16,546 nt of DNA, taken from contig JBHIAH010000057.1 of NCBI GenBank assembly GCA_046758505.1, positions 1-16,546 on the forward strand. Direction: 5' to 3'. The DNA is from Candidatus Methylomirabilales bacterium. GTDB lineage: Bacteria; Methylomirabilota; Methylomirabilia; Methylomirabilales; CSP1-5. A model generated the notes under the pieces. It made no database searches and was not told where the DNA came from. It was given only the letters and a program-made list of their open reading frames with translations. The stretch's first letter is position 1. Each line of letters begins with the position of its first letter. Below are positions 16,076-16,546 of this stretch, in pieces. Made by a program: the position numbers and the translations under genes.

Positions 16076-16360
16076 AGTCCTTGGCCGTGCACCCACCGTC
16101 GATCCCTTCTCCGGGATCTCCCCCGGGACCGAAAGCTCCGACCGAGCACCCCCGCGGCACAGGAGGCGCACCGTCTACCGCTGCTTCCTTCCGGACCTGA
16201 CGGGGTTCACGGATCCTCCTTGCGCAGGACCCGGCCCTCAACGCCCCAGTCCCGGATCGATCGCCCGGAGACGGAGGACCTCGGGTGGGAGTTCAATCCC
16301 GCTAGAGCGGATTGCGGGTTCAGGGCACCGCTAGCTCCCCATCTAGCACGGCCAAGGACT
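16076..16360 (-). ncRNA. ffs: Signal recognition particle RNA, large (Alu-domain) type; coordinates include the closing helix
   Basis: Minus strand GTGAACCCCGTCAGGTCCGGAAGGAAGCAGCGGTA (helix 8); 5' GCCGTGCTAGATGGGGAGCTAGCGGTGCCCTGAACCCGCAATCCGC Alu-like domain; 15-bp terminal helix; upstream of dnaX. Confidence 0.95.
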
Positions 16361-16366
16361 CTTTTT

Positions 16367-16471
16367 GACGACCGATGACCGTTGACCGACGACGACAAAC
16401 ACGAAGAACGAGAATTTCAGGGTTTGCATTTGTTCTTTTCGGTCGTCGGTCATCGGATTTCGGTGATCGGT
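16367..16471. repeat. Heptamer-based palindromic element of a second unit type (GACCGAY)
   Basis: GACCGAT GACCGTT GACCGAC ... GGTCGTC GGTCATC GGATTTC GGTGATC, between tRNA-Ser and SRP RNA. Confidence 0.75.
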
Positions 16472-16477
16472 TCTGAG

Positions 16478-16546
16478 TGGCGGAGAGGCCGGGATTCGAA
16501 CCCGGGGTGGGTGTCACCCCACACACGCTCTCCAGGCGTGCACCTT
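16478..16546 (-). tRNA. tRNA-Ser (GGA), 5' end outside the window
   Basis: Minus strand CACGC-CTGGAGA-GCGTG anticodon arm, long variable arm, GGTTCGAATCC, acceptor 3' strand CTCTCC-G-CCA. Confidence 0.93.

Noticed and set aside
15997..16471. CRISPR array or small ORFs in this region
   Set aside because: Repeats are 7-mers without unique spacers and no cas genes are present; the ORFs overlap SRP RNA and tRNA.

Overview
GC-rich bacterial chromosomal window; the lineage cannot be fixed from sequence alone (the dnaX-ybaB-recR-mglB-mglA order and a large Alu-type SRP RNA would fit a deltaproteobacterial-like or NC10/Rokubacteria-like organism). Left part (1-6252, + strand): a signalling cluster with a 5'-truncated histidine kinase, a receiver gene flanked by two decayed receiver remnants, a cytoplasmic 3xPAS-2xGAF kinase behind a sigma54-type promoter, and a REC-PilZ gene. 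Middle: a CDF metal transporter, pyrE, msrP without an adjacent msrQ, and a YeeZ-like SDR. At the 3' end of tRNA-Asn sits a small accessory islet: a wHTH-MNT/HEPN toxin-antitoxin pair and an 80-aa GIY-YIG nuclease. Right part (- strand): tRNA-Ser (partial), SRP RNA, dnaX, ybaB, recR, mglB, mglA. The two most unusual signals are non-coding. (1) A structured leader begins inside the tRNA-Asn CCA end and has mutually exclusive pairings that could couple the tRNA 3' end to the GIY-YIG ribosome-binding site. (2) A family of ~73-bp heptamer-built palindromes occurs both intergenically (beside SRP RNA/dnaX) and in frame inside a kinase ATPase domain.
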